From positions 256,147-320,146 of the forward strand of contig CAVUMU010000011.1 of NCBI GenBank assembly GCA_963742755.1: a stretch of DNA of 64,000 bases, given 5' to 3'. The notes beneath the pieces were generated by a model. It searched no databases, was not told where the DNA came from, and saw only the letters and a list, made by a program, of their open reading frames with translations. Origin of the DNA: an uncultured Gemmatimonadales bacterium (GTDB taxonomy: Bacteria; Gemmatimonadota; Gemmatimonadetes; Gemmatimonadales; GWC2-71-9). Every line of letters starts with the position of its first letter. The first letter of the stretch is position 1. The translations under genes were made by a program, and so were the position numbers. Shown here piece after piece: positions 1 through 9,518 of this stretch.

Positions 1-1627
1 CCTTGTCGAACCTCCTCGTTACAGCATCTGCTTCACCGCTTCGCTTCTGCGCCCGCAGGCTTTGCGCCAATCCGTGTAGCGACCAGCCGTTCTCCGGCCG
101 GCGGACCAGGTCTGCACGAAACGCTTTCTCAGCCTCCCCCGGCCGGCCGGCCTCGAGCAGCACCGCTCCGAGACGCTGACGTAAGGGCAAGTACCACGGT
201 GGTGGCTCGTCGTAGGTCAGCTCATCCTCACCGGCGATTGCCCTCTCCAGATGCTTCACCGCCTCGTCGGTTCGGCCCCGTCTGGCAGCCATCTCGCCCT
301 GCAGGTGATTCTGCGCGATGGCCAGCACTGACTGCACCGAGTTCAAGTTGGCGTACGCATCCGGCGTCGTAGCCTTGGCTATCGCCACCAGCTTATCGCG
401 CTCTGCGGCGGCGGCATCGAGCTTGTTCTGCGCCGTGTAGGCAAGCCCGCGGACATAGTGCCAGATCCCAGTGGTATAGCGCATGTCCCTGGGAGGGGCC
501 GGCTCGCGCAGCACGTCGTCCCACTGGGAAAAGCGGGCCAGGGTAAACAGCACGGTGGGCGAGAAGTACTCCAGCGGAGGCGCCTGCCGTACGGCATCGG
601 CCGGAACGTTCTTCACCACACCTTGGGCGGCCTTGAGTGCGTCCTCGCTCCGGCCCAGCATGTTCAGCGCGTACCACATCATGTGGTAGTTGTGCGGGTA
701 GTACGCCATGGGGTACACGCCGGTGGGTCGCCGCTCGTTGATGTACCGCTCGTCGGCGTGCACCGCGTGGACGTTCCGGTCCGCAGCCGTCTCCCACCGG
801 CCGAGCCGGATGTAGATGTGGGTCGGCATGTGGACCAGATGTCCCGCACCCGGCATCGCCCTGCCCAGCCGCTCGGCGCAGGCGAGCGCCTTGGCGGCCT
901 CATTCGAAGCCTCGATCGCGTGGATGTAGTAATGGCATGCTCCAGGGTGATCCGGGTTCCGCTTCACCACCGGCTCCAGCACCCTGAGTGCCTCCAGGGT
1001 GGAAGGGGCCTTCGGCCGTCCGCCGTTGGTCCAGTAGTTCCAGGGCCGCAGGTCCATCAGCGCTTCACCATGGAGGGCGGCCGCGTCGTCGTCGGCCGGG
1101 AAGCGGCGCGATACCTGACCGATCGCGTTGGCCCAGGCGGTGTCCAGCGGCGCGCGGTTGGCGGCAGGATCCGAGGAATAGCGTCTGGTGAGCGCCTCGA
1201 TGTAGGCCCGCTCTCTGGGAGTAACGCTCGAGGAATGCTTCAGCGCCTTCTGGGCGGCCTCGTAGGCCGGCCGCGCGGCGGCGGTATCCATCGGAAGGTT
1301 GATGTTGGGCCCGAGCGCGTAGCCAATGCCCCAGTAGCACATGGCACAGGTGGAGTCGTGCTTCAACCCTTCCTTGAAGGACTTGACCGCCTCGTCGTGG
1401 TTGAACCCGTACGTCAGCCGGAGCCCCTGATCGAAATACTGCTGGGCGACGGGTGACTTTGTCGTGATCGTATAGTGCAGGGTGCCCAGGTTGTCGTAGA
1501 TCGGGGTGCCCCCAGCCTGAGCGGTGGTAGGCTGGCCCGGTGCGTGCTCGTGATCCTGGGCACGGGCCGCGACGGCCGACGAGACCACACAGATGGCGAA
1601 GGTTGCGCAATAGATCGTGGGCTTCAT
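1..1627 (-). CDS. Secreted TPR-repeat protein, 3' end cut by window edge
   Basis: My own minus-strand translation from ATG 1627 gives MKPTIYCATFAICVVSSAVAARAQDHEHAPG (signal-peptide-like), then helical repeats (FDQGLRLTYGFNHDEAVKSFKEGLKHD...). The frame is open to base 1. It is missing from the ORF track because it runs off the edge; + ORF 458..1456 is its antisense shadow. Confidence 0.8.
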   Translation of the reverse strand, partial: MKPTIYCATFAICVVSSAVAARAQDHEHAPGQPTTAQAGGTPIYDNLGTLHYTITTKSPVAQQYFDQGLRLTYGFNHDEAVKSFKEGLKHDSTCAMCYWGIGYALGPNINLPMDTAAARPAYEAAQKALKHSSSVTPRERAYIEALTRRYSSDPAANRAPLDTAWANAIGQVSRRFPADDDAAALHGEALMDLRPWNYWTNGGRPKAPSTLEALRVLEPVVKRNPDHPGACHYYIHAIEASNEAAKALACAERLGRAMPGAGHLVHMPTHIYIRLGRWETAADRNVHAVHADERYINERRPTGVYPMAYYPHNYHMMWYALNMLGRSEDALKAAQGVVKNVPADAVRQAPPLEYFSPTVLFTLARFSQWDDVLREPAPPRDMRYTTGIWHYVRGLAYTAQNKLDAAAAERDKLVAIAKATTPDAYANLNSVQSVLAIAQNHLQGEMAARRGRTDEAVKHLERAIAGEDELTYDEPPPWYLPLRQRLGAVLLEAGRPGEAEKAFRADLVRRPENGWSLHGLAQSLRAQKRSGEADAVTRRFDK

Positions 1628-1853
1628 GGTCCGGTTCTCCTTGGTGCTGGCATTATCGTGAGGACCTAGCTTACGCCGTATGCGCTACTTCCGCGTCGCC
1701 CAAATGCCCCATGGGAAGACGTGAGACTGGATGGCCGGAACCGGCCAGCCACCTTCCCAAGCCCCCCTCCGCTATCGATCGACCGTTATGCGAGATTGTC
1801 GCGCCGAGCGAAGCGAGAGCCTGTCCCGGGGCGGCGCGAGGGAACCAAGGCCT

Positions 1854-3389
1854 CTAAAGCAACCCACTCCTGGCCGCCTGGGCTACGGCCGCAGCGCGGG
1901 AAGGCAGACCGGTCTTGGTCAAGATGTTCCCAACGTGGCGATGAATGGTGTGCTCACTGAGCCTGAGCCGGACGGCCGACTCCTTATCACTCAGACCCTG
2001 GGCCACCAGCCGGAGGACCTCGATCTCGCGCGGCGTGAGCCGGCCAAGCTTCGCCGCCGCGCCGATGGGTCCGTGAGGCTTGAGATCCAGCTCCTGAAGC
2101 AGGAGCCGCGCGGCCGCGGCGTGGCGGGCGGCCCCCAGCCGCTCGAAGGCGGTTCCCGCCGCCCGAAGCGCGATGGTCGCGGGATCGCGGCGGCTGAGCG
2201 CCAGGAGGGAGTGGGCCAACTGGAGCCGGGACCGGGCCGCCTCGAACGGTGTGCGATTACGCTCGAAGAGGTCGGCGCTCTCCTCCAATCGGGCGCAGGC
2301 TCCCCGATGATCTCCGCCCGCCGCGAGCAGACACCCCTCGGCATGGGCGACGGTGGCCTGAAGCGGCTCGGTGCCTACCGCGGCCGCGATGCTCCGGAGC
2401 TCGTCGAGAGGGACACCCGCCTGCTCCAGTTGGTGTTCCGCGACATGGGCCCGGGCCAAAACGTCCAACCCGGATACCCGCTCGGTCCGGTCAGTGGCCG
2501 GCACCCGCTGGAGATACTCCTCCGCGAGCACGGCTGCGGGGCCCGACTCGCCACGGTCGAGCGCCAGCGTGGCGCGGCCCAGCACGGCGAGATAGTGGCT
2601 CCCGGTCTCGGCCAGCAGCGCATCCGCTTCTTCCCAGCGGCCCTGCCGGCGCCGCAGGTCGGCCAGTCGGATCAATGCGATCGGCACGACCCGGGGCTGT
2701 ACCCGTTCCACGTGCCGGCGCAGCGCCTCGATCTCGCGCTCGGCCTCGGGCCACTCACCCCGGAGCGTGAGCAGGGAGGCGTACTGGATGCGGCAGGCGG
2801 AGAACAGGTGGGTGAACTTCCAGCGGCGGGCGAACTCCCGAACCCGCTCGCACCATTGGGCCGCGCGGTCGTAGTCGTGCACCTGTTCGCAGGCGCGGAT
2901 CAGGTAGCAGCAGGCGGTGCCAATCATGCCGGGGTCGGTGAGCTCGCCGGCGGTGGCGGCTGCGGTGGCCTCGTCCAGGCGGCTCATGCCCTCGGCGACG
3001 TCTCCTTCCGTCACCATCGCCAGGCCCTCGAGGGCCACGCCGAGCATCTCCATGTCGGCCGGTCCCACCGCCCGGGCGATGGTGGAGGCTTCCTGGCTCA
3101 GCCGCCGGGCGGCTACGGGGTCGCGCTGAGCCATCAGGGCGACGTGGGCCTTCTGATAGCAGAGGAGGGCGTGCTCGGGGGAGGGGGGCAGGCCGTCCAG
3201 GAGCCGCTCGGCGCGCTGGATCCAGCCGTTCGCGACGGCGCTTTCGCCCCGGAAATCGGCGTAGTCGTTGGAGAGCCAGATGGCGACGCGAGCCGCGGCC
3301 CGGGCGTCCTCCGCCTGCCGGAACAGGCGGTAGGCGCTCTCTCGGGCATCGATGCCGGTGGCGTAGTCTTCCAGCCACCAGCACGCCAT
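1854..3389 (-). CDS. LuxR/GerE-family HTH regulator with TPR-like N-terminal body
   Basis: 511-aa ORF. The C-terminus LTPREIEVLRLVAQGLSDKESAVRLRLSEHTIHRHVGNILTKTG is a LuxR-type HTH. The frame stays open upstream to 3656 without ATG/GTG/TTG, so the start is uncertain. Confidence 0.8.
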   Translation of the reverse strand: MACWWLEDYATGIDARESAYRLFRQAEDARAAARVAIWLSNDYADFRGESAVANGWIQRAERLLDGLPPSPEHALLCYQKAHVALMAQRDPVAARRLSQEASTIARAVGPADMEMLGVALEGLAMVTEGDVAEGMSRLDEATAAATAGELTDPGMIGTACCYLIRACEQVHDYDRAAQWCERVREFARRWKFTHLFSACRIQYASLLTLRGEWPEAEREIEALRRHVERVQPRVVPIALIRLADLRRRQGRWEEADALLAETGSHYLAVLGRATLALDRGESGPAAVLAEEYLQRVPATDRTERVSGLDVLARAHVAEHQLEQAGVPLDELRSIAAAVGTEPLQATVAHAEGCLLAAGGDHRGACARLEESADLFERNRTPFEAARSRLQLAHSLLALSRRDPATIALRAAGTAFERLGAARHAAAARLLLQELDLKPHGPIGAAAKLGRLTPREIEVLRLVAQGLSDKESAVRLRLSEHTIHRHVGNILTKTGLPSRAAAVAQAARSGLL

Positions 3390-3681
3390 GCCGAGGCCCT
3401 CGAGTGCCTCGGGCGAGTCGGGCGACTCGGCCTCCCGGAGGAAGCTTTCGAAGCAGACGCGCGCCTCCTCCCAGCCTCCCCGGGCGAGGGCGTCCCGGCC
3501 GGCCTGGAGCCGGCCAGCCGTGGAGGAGTCGAGGGTGGTGGGCGTAGCGGATCTCGGTGTTGGGTGAAGCTCTAAGGTAGGGCCGAAGCCCGTCTCGGGC
3601 CACCATGAAGGGGTCAGGACGGAATGTCGCCCTGAGCGCGGCGAAGCGGCTGAAACTCAACGCTTAGAAGTGCATGATTGG

Positions 3682-3710
3682 TTGACGGAGAGGGGGTCCA
3701 CCGGTACTTT
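3682..3710 (+). promoter_or_regulatory. Possible sigma70-like promoter of the tRNA pair
   Basis: TTGACG (3682-3687), 17-nt spacer, TACTTT (3705-3710), about 35 nt before tRNA-Ala. The -10 is weak. Confidence 0.3.
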
Positions 3711-3744
3711 TCCCGTCCTTCATGGCCGATACACTGGCCACCTT

Positions 3745-3817
3745 GGGGCTGTAGCTCAGCTGGGAGAGCGCCTCGTTCGCAATGAGGAGGTCAGGGGTTC
3801 GATCCCCCTCAGCTCCA
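3745..3817 (+). tRNA. tRNA-Ala (anticodon CGC)
   Basis: Hand-folded 73-nt cloverleaf: acceptor GGGGCTG/CAGCTCC with G3:U70, D arm GCTC..GAGC, anticodon arm CCTCG-TTCGCAA-TGAGG, T arm AGGGG-TTCGATC-CCCCT. No encoded CCA. Confidence 0.9.
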
Positions 3818-3827
3818 TGACAAAAAC

Positions 3828-3900
3828 TGCCCCTTGGTGTAACTGGCAACACGCCTGACTCTGGATCAGGAGAGTCCTGGTTCGAGCCCAGGAGGGGCAA
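3828..3900 (+). tRNA. tRNA-Gln (anticodon CTG)
   Basis: Hand-folded 73-nt cloverleaf: acceptor TGCCCCT/AGGGGCA (U1:A72), anticodon arm CCTGA-CTCTGGA-TCAGG, T arm CCTGG-TTCGAGC-CCAGG. Confidence 0.9.
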
Positions 3901-3902
3901 CT

Positions 3903-3933
3903 GGCCGGTGCAACAGCACCGGCCGTTTTTTTT
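3903..3933 (+). terminator. Rho-independent terminator after the tRNA pair
   Basis: 9-bp stem GGCCGGTGC/GCACCGGCC, loop AACA, followed by T8 (3926-3933). Confidence 0.8.
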
Positions 3934-3942
3934 AGGGGCTCG

Positions 3943-3973
3943 GCCTTCGGCTGCGAGCCCAGGAGGGGCAATG
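3943..3973 (+). repeat. 31-bp direct repeat copy 1, resembling the T-arm/3' end of tRNA-Gln
   Basis: GCCTTCGGCTGCGAGCCCAGGAGGGGCAATG is identical to 9672..9702. GCGAGCCCAGGAGGGGCAA matches the tRNA-Gln 3' end TCGAGCCCAGGAGGGGCAA. Confidence 0.85.
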
Positions 3974-4006
3974 GCTCCCGCGAAAGCGGGAGCCATTTTC
4001 TTGTTT
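3971..4006 (+). terminator. Second hairpin plus U-rich tract
   Basis: 11-bp stem ATGGCTCCCGC/GCGGGAGCCAT with GAAA tetraloop, then TTTCTTGTTT. Confidence 0.6.
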
Positions 4007-4058
4007 GGTCTCGCCCTTCGACTGTTCGAGTGAGCGTCCCCCCAGTGGGGTCACTGCT

Positions 4059-6902
4059 TCACGGTGATTCTCTGGTCAGTTCGCCCAAACGCTTGCGGAC
4101 GTCGGCGACCTGCGGCTGGAGCACCGGGTCGGCATCGTGCCACAGCGCCACGAATTTCTGATACGACTCGACAGCACGCCCACGATCGTTTCTCGCCTCG
4201 TAGAGTTCGCCGACGCGCCGCAAAGCCGGGCCGAGACTATGACGGTCGACATAGAGTCGAAAGTTCCAGCTTGATTCAACGTACCGCTCGTACACCGCGA
4301 GCGCCGAGTCGGTGGCGCCGCTACGATCGAGAGATAGGGCCAGCTCGGGTAACCACGTGACGCCGCCATACGTAGCCGCCGCGCGTTGGAATCTCTCGCC
4401 TGCCTCCTCGTATTTCTGCTCGTGGAGCAGGAGAGTGCCGTAGAAACCGTTGCTGAGCATCCGGTAGTGAAGTCCGTTCATCATCCGCTGCCCGTTGGAT
4501 CCTACCGCACGAAGTTCCCCCTCGCCCTCCGAGAACACGGTCTTCGCCCGTTCAGGCTGAGCCGCCAGGGCGTATAGCATGGCCAGCTCTGGGAATGGAC
4601 GGTTGGTGACCTCGATGCCTCTATACCCTGGACTCGCTCGCAGGCTGTCGAGCCGCCGGACGACCCGGCTCCGGTCGAGGCCGTAGTGCAGCTCACTCCT
4701 TGCTTGAAGCAGAGCCCATCGTATTCGAGCCAGCCAGCTTCGATTGGCGTCGGATGGCATGCGGGCTAATCGTTGAGCTTCGCTCAGCCTGCCGCGAGTA
4801 CTCGCGACACTCGCGAGCCAAATAGCAGCCTCAGTCTGACCGGCGCTCCCCTGCGCGAGGTGACCCCGCCGAAAGGCCCGGGAGGCCGAGTCGTAGTCTT
4901 TCCGGGCGCTCGCCATCAAACCAACCTGCACCTCGTAAGCCCCTTTGGTGCCGAATCGTGATCGCCAGCGTGCCAGGGTTGTTTCCACTGCGGCGAAGTT
5001 TCCTAAGGTGACCTGAGCATCGACCAGGTTGGTATATGGCGCTTGCTGATTCGAGTCGGAGCGTATCGCTCGGGCGGCCAGCTCGGCTGCCGTCTCATAA
5101 TCATTCTCATACCAGGTGATCAGGCCGAGATTAGTAAGTGCGATGTTATCGTCGGGGTGGATGGCGAGCAGCGCCTGCCACGCCTGACGAGCCCTGGTGC
5201 GATCGGCCAGGACCCACTCGAAATACTGGGCCTCTGCCCCGTACCGCTCCCGCTCGGTGAGTCGATCACGCAGGGTATAGGCCTTCGTAAGCGCCTCCGC
5301 TTGCCGTGCCGGCTCACGGCCGGTGTTCCAAAGGTCAACCCCCATCGCTCTCCAGGCCATTGCGAAGGCGGTGTCGATGCTTATAGCCCGTTCGTAGAAT
5401 GGGATGGATTCCTCATAGCGCCCGAGATCTGATAAACGAGCGCCCTGCGAGTACCACTTCAGCGCGGCCAGGGACCCGGTGGTGACTGCCTCGAGCGGTG
5501 GTCCGGCGCGCACTCCGCGGAGCGACTCTCCAATGGCGCGACGAAGGTTGCGAGACAATCGGTCGACGGTGGGAATGATCTCCCGCGCGCTAAAGGCCGT
5601 CTCGCGGTGAGCAGCCAACACCTGTCCGCTGTCCGCCCCGATGACCTGGGCGGAGATCATGTACCCATCTCCCAGTCGAGTCACCTCACCGGAAAGCACG
5701 GCCTTCAGTCCCGCACGAAGCGCTACCTCGCGCCCCAGGGACAGCGTTAACCGGGTAGTGTCGGGACGTCCCATCAGCCGCAGGGTCTGAAGCACCCGGT
5801 CAGGACTGGCGAGCCTGACCAACCGCGACTGGGCGAAATCCACGCGGAAGGCCTCGGTAACGGCGCCAGTGAGGGAACTATCACTCGCCCGGTCGACGAA
5901 TTCGCTGAGGACGAGTTGGTCTCGAGGAGCCAAAGCGCCTTCCGCCACCAGTGACCTCTCACCCACAAAGCCCGCCCGTCGAAGCCCGAGGTAACCAGCG
6001 GGCACCAGTAGAGCGGCTGCCAGCAGTGGAACCAGTAAGCGGCGGCGGCGAGTCGGTATCGGTTGCGCACCTGCAGCCAGGCAGTCGGCAAATTCGCTGA
6101 CCGTGGAAAATCGGTCGGCGGCGGCCGTCGCCAGTGCTCGATCTATAGCGGCCACAATGTGAGGTGGCACCCCTCTTCGGACTATGCTCAGGCTGGGTGG
6201 CGGGGCGGCCAGACGCTTGGCGATGATCGCCTGGGGTGTCGGGCCGGTGAACGGCGGTTCGCCGGCGAGCATTTCATACAGGACGCAGCCCAGGCTGTAG
6301 ATGTCCGAGCGCGCGTCGAGATCGGGGGAGCCGGTGGCCTGCTCGGGGCTCATGTAAGCCGGGGTTCCCACGGCGAGTCCGGTTTCCGTTAGGCGTTCTT
6401 CTTCATTGCCCAGTGCCCGCGCGATCCCGAAGTCGGCAACGAGGGTATTCCCATCCTGGGTGAGCAGAAGGTTTTCCGGCTTGATATCGCGGTGAATGAC
6501 TCCATGTTCGTGGGCATAGCGTAGAGCTTGCGCCGCCTCTCGGGTAATCCGCAGTGCCTCCTCCAGCGGGAGCTGATGGTCACGGGTGAGCCGGTCCCGC
6601 AGGCTTTTCCCCTCGACATATGGCATCGTGAACCAGAGCCGCCCGGCAGTTTCGCCCGAGTCATGAACCGACAGGATGTGAGGGTGCTGCAGCCGGGCTG
6701 CCGTCTTGATCTCGCGAAGGAATCGTTCTGGACCAAGGATGGCGGCCAGTGATTGGTGCAAAACCTTGAACGCAACCGGCCGGTCGTGGCGGAGGTCGTG
6801 GGCCAGGTATACGATGGCCATGCCTCCATGCCCGAGCTCGCGCTCGATCACGTAGCGGTCGCGTAGGGCGTCTGCCAGTTGGGAAGCTGTCCCGTGCATC
6901 AT
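4059..6902 (-). CDS. Ser/Thr protein kinase with TM segment and C-terminal TPR-like repeats
   Basis: ORF track 4059..7265. Kinase motifs start just after the internal MM at 6902 (YVIERELGHGGMAIVYLAHD, HRDIKPENLL, DFGIA, MSPEQ). A hydrophobic LLVPLLAAALLVPAGYL is followed by a long helical-repeat tail. GC is visibly lower than in the neighbours. Confidence 0.85.
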   Translation of the reverse strand: MMHGTASQLADALRDRYVIERELGHGGMAIVYLAHDLRHDRPVAFKVLHQSLAAILGPERFLREIKTAARLQHPHILSVHDSGETAGRLWFTMPYVEGKSLRDRLTRDHQLPLEEALRITREAAQALRYAHEHGVIHRDIKPENLLLTQDGNTLVADFGIARALGNEEERLTETGLAVGTPAYMSPEQATGSPDLDARSDIYSLGCVLYEMLAGEPPFTGPTPQAIIAKRLAAPPPSLSIVRRGVPPHIVAAIDRALATAAADRFSTVSEFADCLAAGAQPIPTRRRRLLVPLLAAALLVPAGYLGLRRAGFVGERSLVAEGALAPRDQLVLSEFVDRASDSSLTGAVTEAFRVDFAQSRLVRLASPDRVLQTLRLMGRPDTTRLTLSLGREVALRAGLKAVLSGEVTRLGDGYMISAQVIGADSGQVLAAHRETAFSAREIIPTVDRLSRNLRRAIGESLRGVRAGPPLEAVTTGSLAALKWYSQGARLSDLGRYEESIPFYERAISIDTAFAMAWRAMGVDLWNTGREPARQAEALTKAYTLRDRLTERERYGAEAQYFEWVLADRTRARQAWQALLAIHPDDNIALTNLGLITWYENDYETAAELAARAIRSDSNQQAPYTNLVDAQVTLGNFAAVETTLARWRSRFGTKGAYEVQVGLMASARKDYDSASRAFRRGHLAQGSAGQTEAAIWLASVASTRGRLSEAQRLARMPSDANRSWLARIRWALLQARSELHYGLDRSRVVRRLDSLRASPGYRGIEVTNRPFPELAMLYALAAQPERAKTVFSEGEGELRAVGSNGQRMMNGLHYRMLSNGFYGTLLLHEQKYEEAGERFQRAAATYGGVTWLPELALSLDRSGATDSALAVYERYVESSWNFRLYVDRHSLGPALRRVGELYEARNDRGRAVESYQKFVALWHDADPVLQPQVADVRKRLGELTRESP

Positions 6903-7081
6903 GCCGAGACCTGGAGTGAAGGAACACCTCGAATGTGGGCGGGTAAGGCCTTCCAAGCTAGGTGGGCTCAGGGCCGGCCAATCGCCGCCAGCGTCGAACT
7001 CCGGTAAGCTGGTCCGGTGGCTCAGGCGGGAGGGAGCCGAGACGGCCGGCGCGCACCCCTTGCGCTCGAGTCGCCATGTGT

Positions 7082-7099
7082 ATATGATGATCATAATAT
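7082..7099. promoter_or_regulatory. Imperfect 18-bp palindrome, putative TetR operator O1
   Basis: ATATGATGATCATAATAT overlaps the tetR start codon. It shares the half-site ATATGATG with the perfect palindrome at 7731..7748. Confidence 0.55.
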
Positions 7100-7691
7100 G
7101 AGCACCGCCACCTCGAGACGACCCGCCCCCAGCCGCAAGGAAGCGACCCACGAGCGCATTGTGGAGACCGCCGCCCGTGCCATCCGGCGCAGCGGCTACG
7201 GCGGCGCCGGCGTGGCCGAGATCATGAAGGAGGCCGGGCTCACGCACGGCGGCTTCTACGCTCACTTCGAGTCGCGCGAGGCGATGCTGGCCGAGGCCGC
7301 CGACCGGGCCGGCGCCGACACAGTCGCCTTCCTGACGCGGCTCGCCGCCGCAGCACCGCCCAAGCAGGAGCTCGATGCCATGCTCCGTGCGTATTTATCG
7401 AAGGAACACGTGGAAAGCGCGGAGACCGGGTGCGCTGTCGCCGCACTCGGCTCGGAGATGCCGCGCCAGGCGCCCAAGGTGCGGCGGGCCGCCACCCGCC
7501 GGATCAAGGAGATGATCGATCTGGTCGCCCGCCAGTCCCCCGACTGGGGGCGGCCGGGCGCGCACGAGCGGGCGCTAGTCACCCTGGCAACGGCGCTCGG
7601 CACGTTGGTCCTGGCTCGCGCCGTGGACGACCCCAAGCTCTCCGGCGCGCTGCGCGAGGCGGCGCTGAACCACCTCACCCCAACAGGCTGA
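7098..7691 (+). CDS. TetR/AcrR-family transcriptional regulator
   Basis: MSTATSRRPAPSRKEATHERIVETAARAIRRSGYGGAGVAEIMKEAGLTHGGFYAHFESREAM is a TetR N-terminal HTH. Start taken at the internal ATG 7098 of ORF 7017..7691. Confidence 0.85.
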   Translation: MSTATSRRPAPSRKEATHERIVETAARAIRRSGYGGAGVAEIMKEAGLTHGGFYAHFESREAMLAEAADRAGADTVAFLTRLAAAAPPKQELDAMLRAYLSKEHVESAETGCAVAALGSEMPRQAPKVRRAATRRIKEMIDLVARQSPDWGRPGAHERALVTLATALGTLVLARAVDDPKLSGALREAALNHLTPTG

Positions 7692-7730
7692 TACCCATGC
7701 CCCCAGGCCGAGTTTTGCGGTTTCCTGGAA

Positions 7731-7748
7731 ATATGATGTACATCATAT
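7731..7748. promoter_or_regulatory. Perfect 18-bp palindrome, putative TetR operator O2
   Basis: ATATGATGTACATCATAT lies 41 nt upstream of the SDR start. Confidence 0.6.
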
Positions 7749-7788
7749 AGAAATAGGGCAGTGGACCTCAACGGAAAGCGAGCACGGT

Positions 7789-8616
7789 ATGTCAGGTGAT
7801 CAGGAGCAGCAGACTCGGCCCGTGGCGATCGTGACGGGCGCATCGGGAGGGATCGGCGAGGCGACCGCGCGGGCGCTTCACGCGGCCGGCTATCGGGTGT
7901 TCGGCACCTATCGTCGGCCTCCGGCGACCAGGTCGCCGGGTATCGAGTACCTGGCGTGCGATGTGACCAGTGACGAGTCGGTAAAGACCGCGGTCGGTGA
8001 GGTGCTGTCCAAGACCGGCCGCATCGATCTCCTGGTCAACAACGCAGGGGTGGGATTGGTTGCGGGGGCAGAGGAGTCATCGCTGGAGCAAGCGAAGTCC
8101 CTCTTCGACGTCAACTTGTTCGGCCTGATTCGCATGACCAAGGCGGTGCTTCCAACCATGCGCCGGCAGCGGGCGGGACGGATCGTCAACCTCAGCTCGG
8201 TCATGGGCCTGATCCCGGCGCCGTTTATGGCGTTGTACTCAGCCAGCAAGCACGCGGTGGAAGGCTATTCCGAGTCGCTGGACCATGAGATCAGAGGCTC
8301 GGGGGTCAGAGTGGTGCTGGTCGAGCCCGCCTACACGCGGACTTCTTTCGAGGGCAATGTCTACCAGGCAGACCAGCAGCTCGACGTCTATCAGTCGGCG
8401 CGAACGAACGCGGAGGGAGTCCTGCGGGACGGAATGAAGACTGCCGACACACCGGAGCTGGTTGCGAGCGCTGTAGTGAACGCTTCCACCGAGGCCAACC
8501 CGCGCCGCCGCTACACCGCAGGACGGGCCGCGCGCCAGATCAGCCTGCTTCGGCGCTTCGTTCCCGCGTCTGCGTTTGACAAGAGTCTGCGGAAACAGAT
8601 GCGCTTGCCCGCATGA
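7789..8616 (+). CDS. Short-chain dehydrogenase/reductase (SDR)
   Basis: VAIVTGASGGIGEATA (TGxxxGxG) and YSASKHAVEGY (YxxxK) motifs; 275 aa. Confidence 0.9.
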   Translation: MSGDQEQQTRPVAIVTGASGGIGEATARALHAAGYRVFGTYRRPPATRSPGIEYLACDVTSDESVKTAVGEVLSKTGRIDLLVNNAGVGLVAGAEESSLEQAKSLFDVNLFGLIRMTKAVLPTMRRQRAGRIVNLSSVMGLIPAPFMALYSASKHAVEGYSESLDHEIRGSGVRVVLVEPAYTRTSFEGNVYQADQQLDVYQSARTNAEGVLRDGMKTADTPELVASAVVNASTEANPRRRYTAGRAARQISLLRRFVPASAFDKSLRKQMRLPA

Positions 8617-8725
8617 ACCAGATCGACGGAGAGAACGGGTCAGTTTGAACTTTGAAAAGGGGTATCCCGCACTGTAGGTTGGGGAGGGCGGGGGTTTGCG
8701 ACGATTACCTGTGAGGAGGCTGCTA

Positions 8726-9220
8726 ATGTTCACCAAAATCCAAAGTCGTGCCCTTGTGGTGCTGAGCTTGGGGCTCATATCCATCGGCAACTTGCTGAAC
8801 GGTCAGAGTGTGGCTCCGGCCGATAAGCCTAGTCAAGATGATAAGATCCAACTGTCCTATCACGTGAAGGCCATCAAGCGGGACAGCGCGGGACAGTACA
8901 CGATGTCGGGTACGGTGAGTGGCGAGCGCCAGGGCCGGGCGACCCTGGTGTTCGGCTTCGACGAGGGGTCGTCCGGGGAAGCCGGCAAGGCACTGATTCA
9001 TTCGTACTGGGTAGTCACAGCGGTGCCGGCTTCAGAATCCTTCAAAGCAAAGTTGAGTGGAACCGTCGAGGTGGTCTCGGGTCAGACCCACCTGGTGGGC
9101 AAGATCACCGAAGGCGCCAACAAGGGGCGTCGGGTCGAGACCACCAGCCGGGTGCTCGACTTCGGACCCTACGGCTCGCTCAGTGACATCGACGGCAACA
9201 TGACTATTGACGCGAAGTAA
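8726..9220 (+). CDS. Secreted hypothetical protein
   Basis: GAGGAGG sits 6 nt before ATG 8726. MFTKIQSRALVVLSLGLISIGNLLNGQS is signal-like. No family recognised. GC is clearly lower than the surroundings (about 57% by eye). Confidence 0.6.
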   Translation: MFTKIQSRALVVLSLGLISIGNLLNGQSVAPADKPSQDDKIQLSYHVKAIKRDSAGQYTMSGTVSGERQGRATLVFGFDEGSSGEAGKALIHSYWVVTAVPASESFKAKLSGTVEVVSGQTHLVGKITEGANKGRRVETTSRVLDFGPYGSLSDIDGNMTIDAK

Positions 9221-9518
9221 GGGCGGGATGGCGCCCGTGTTGGTCAGATCCGAGCAGCGATTTACGGCAGCGTACGCCGCTGCAGCGCGCTGCGGCTGCA
9301 GTCAGCCGCGCTCTGACCGACGAAGGCTTGATGAGTCGGGAGTACTTCGAGGAGGCTGAGGCGGGGGCTTCGCTCGTCGCCGTGCTCGCGCCTGAGCCAC
9401 AACTCCTCAGCGAGGCCCGGCAGATCCTCGCAGCCCACGGGGCACGTCACATGAGGTTCTACGACGACAAGTGCATCACCGACCTCACCTGAGATGAGGC
9501 CGGCGCTGCTTCGTATGC

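Noticed and set aside
458-3575. Long + strand ORFs 458..1456 and 1731..3575. Similar long ORFs lie elsewhere, e.g. 10525..11925, 17154..18398, 21079..23097, 26979..30161, 53408..54331, 55417..56961 and 60594..62123.
   Set aside because: Each lies antisense or out of frame to a gene with clear family motifs. Their translations are Arg/Gly/Pro/Ala-rich low-complexity strings, typical of shadow ORFs in high-GC DNA.
9331-9491. 53-codon ORF MSREYFEEAEAGASLVAVLAPEPQLLSEARQILAAHGARHMRFYDDKCITDLT, reminiscent of the C-terminal unit of small general-stress proteins.
   Set aside because: The frame is open upstream with plausible sequence but has no canonical start. The ORF is too short and the similarity is only from memory, so it was not listed as a feature.
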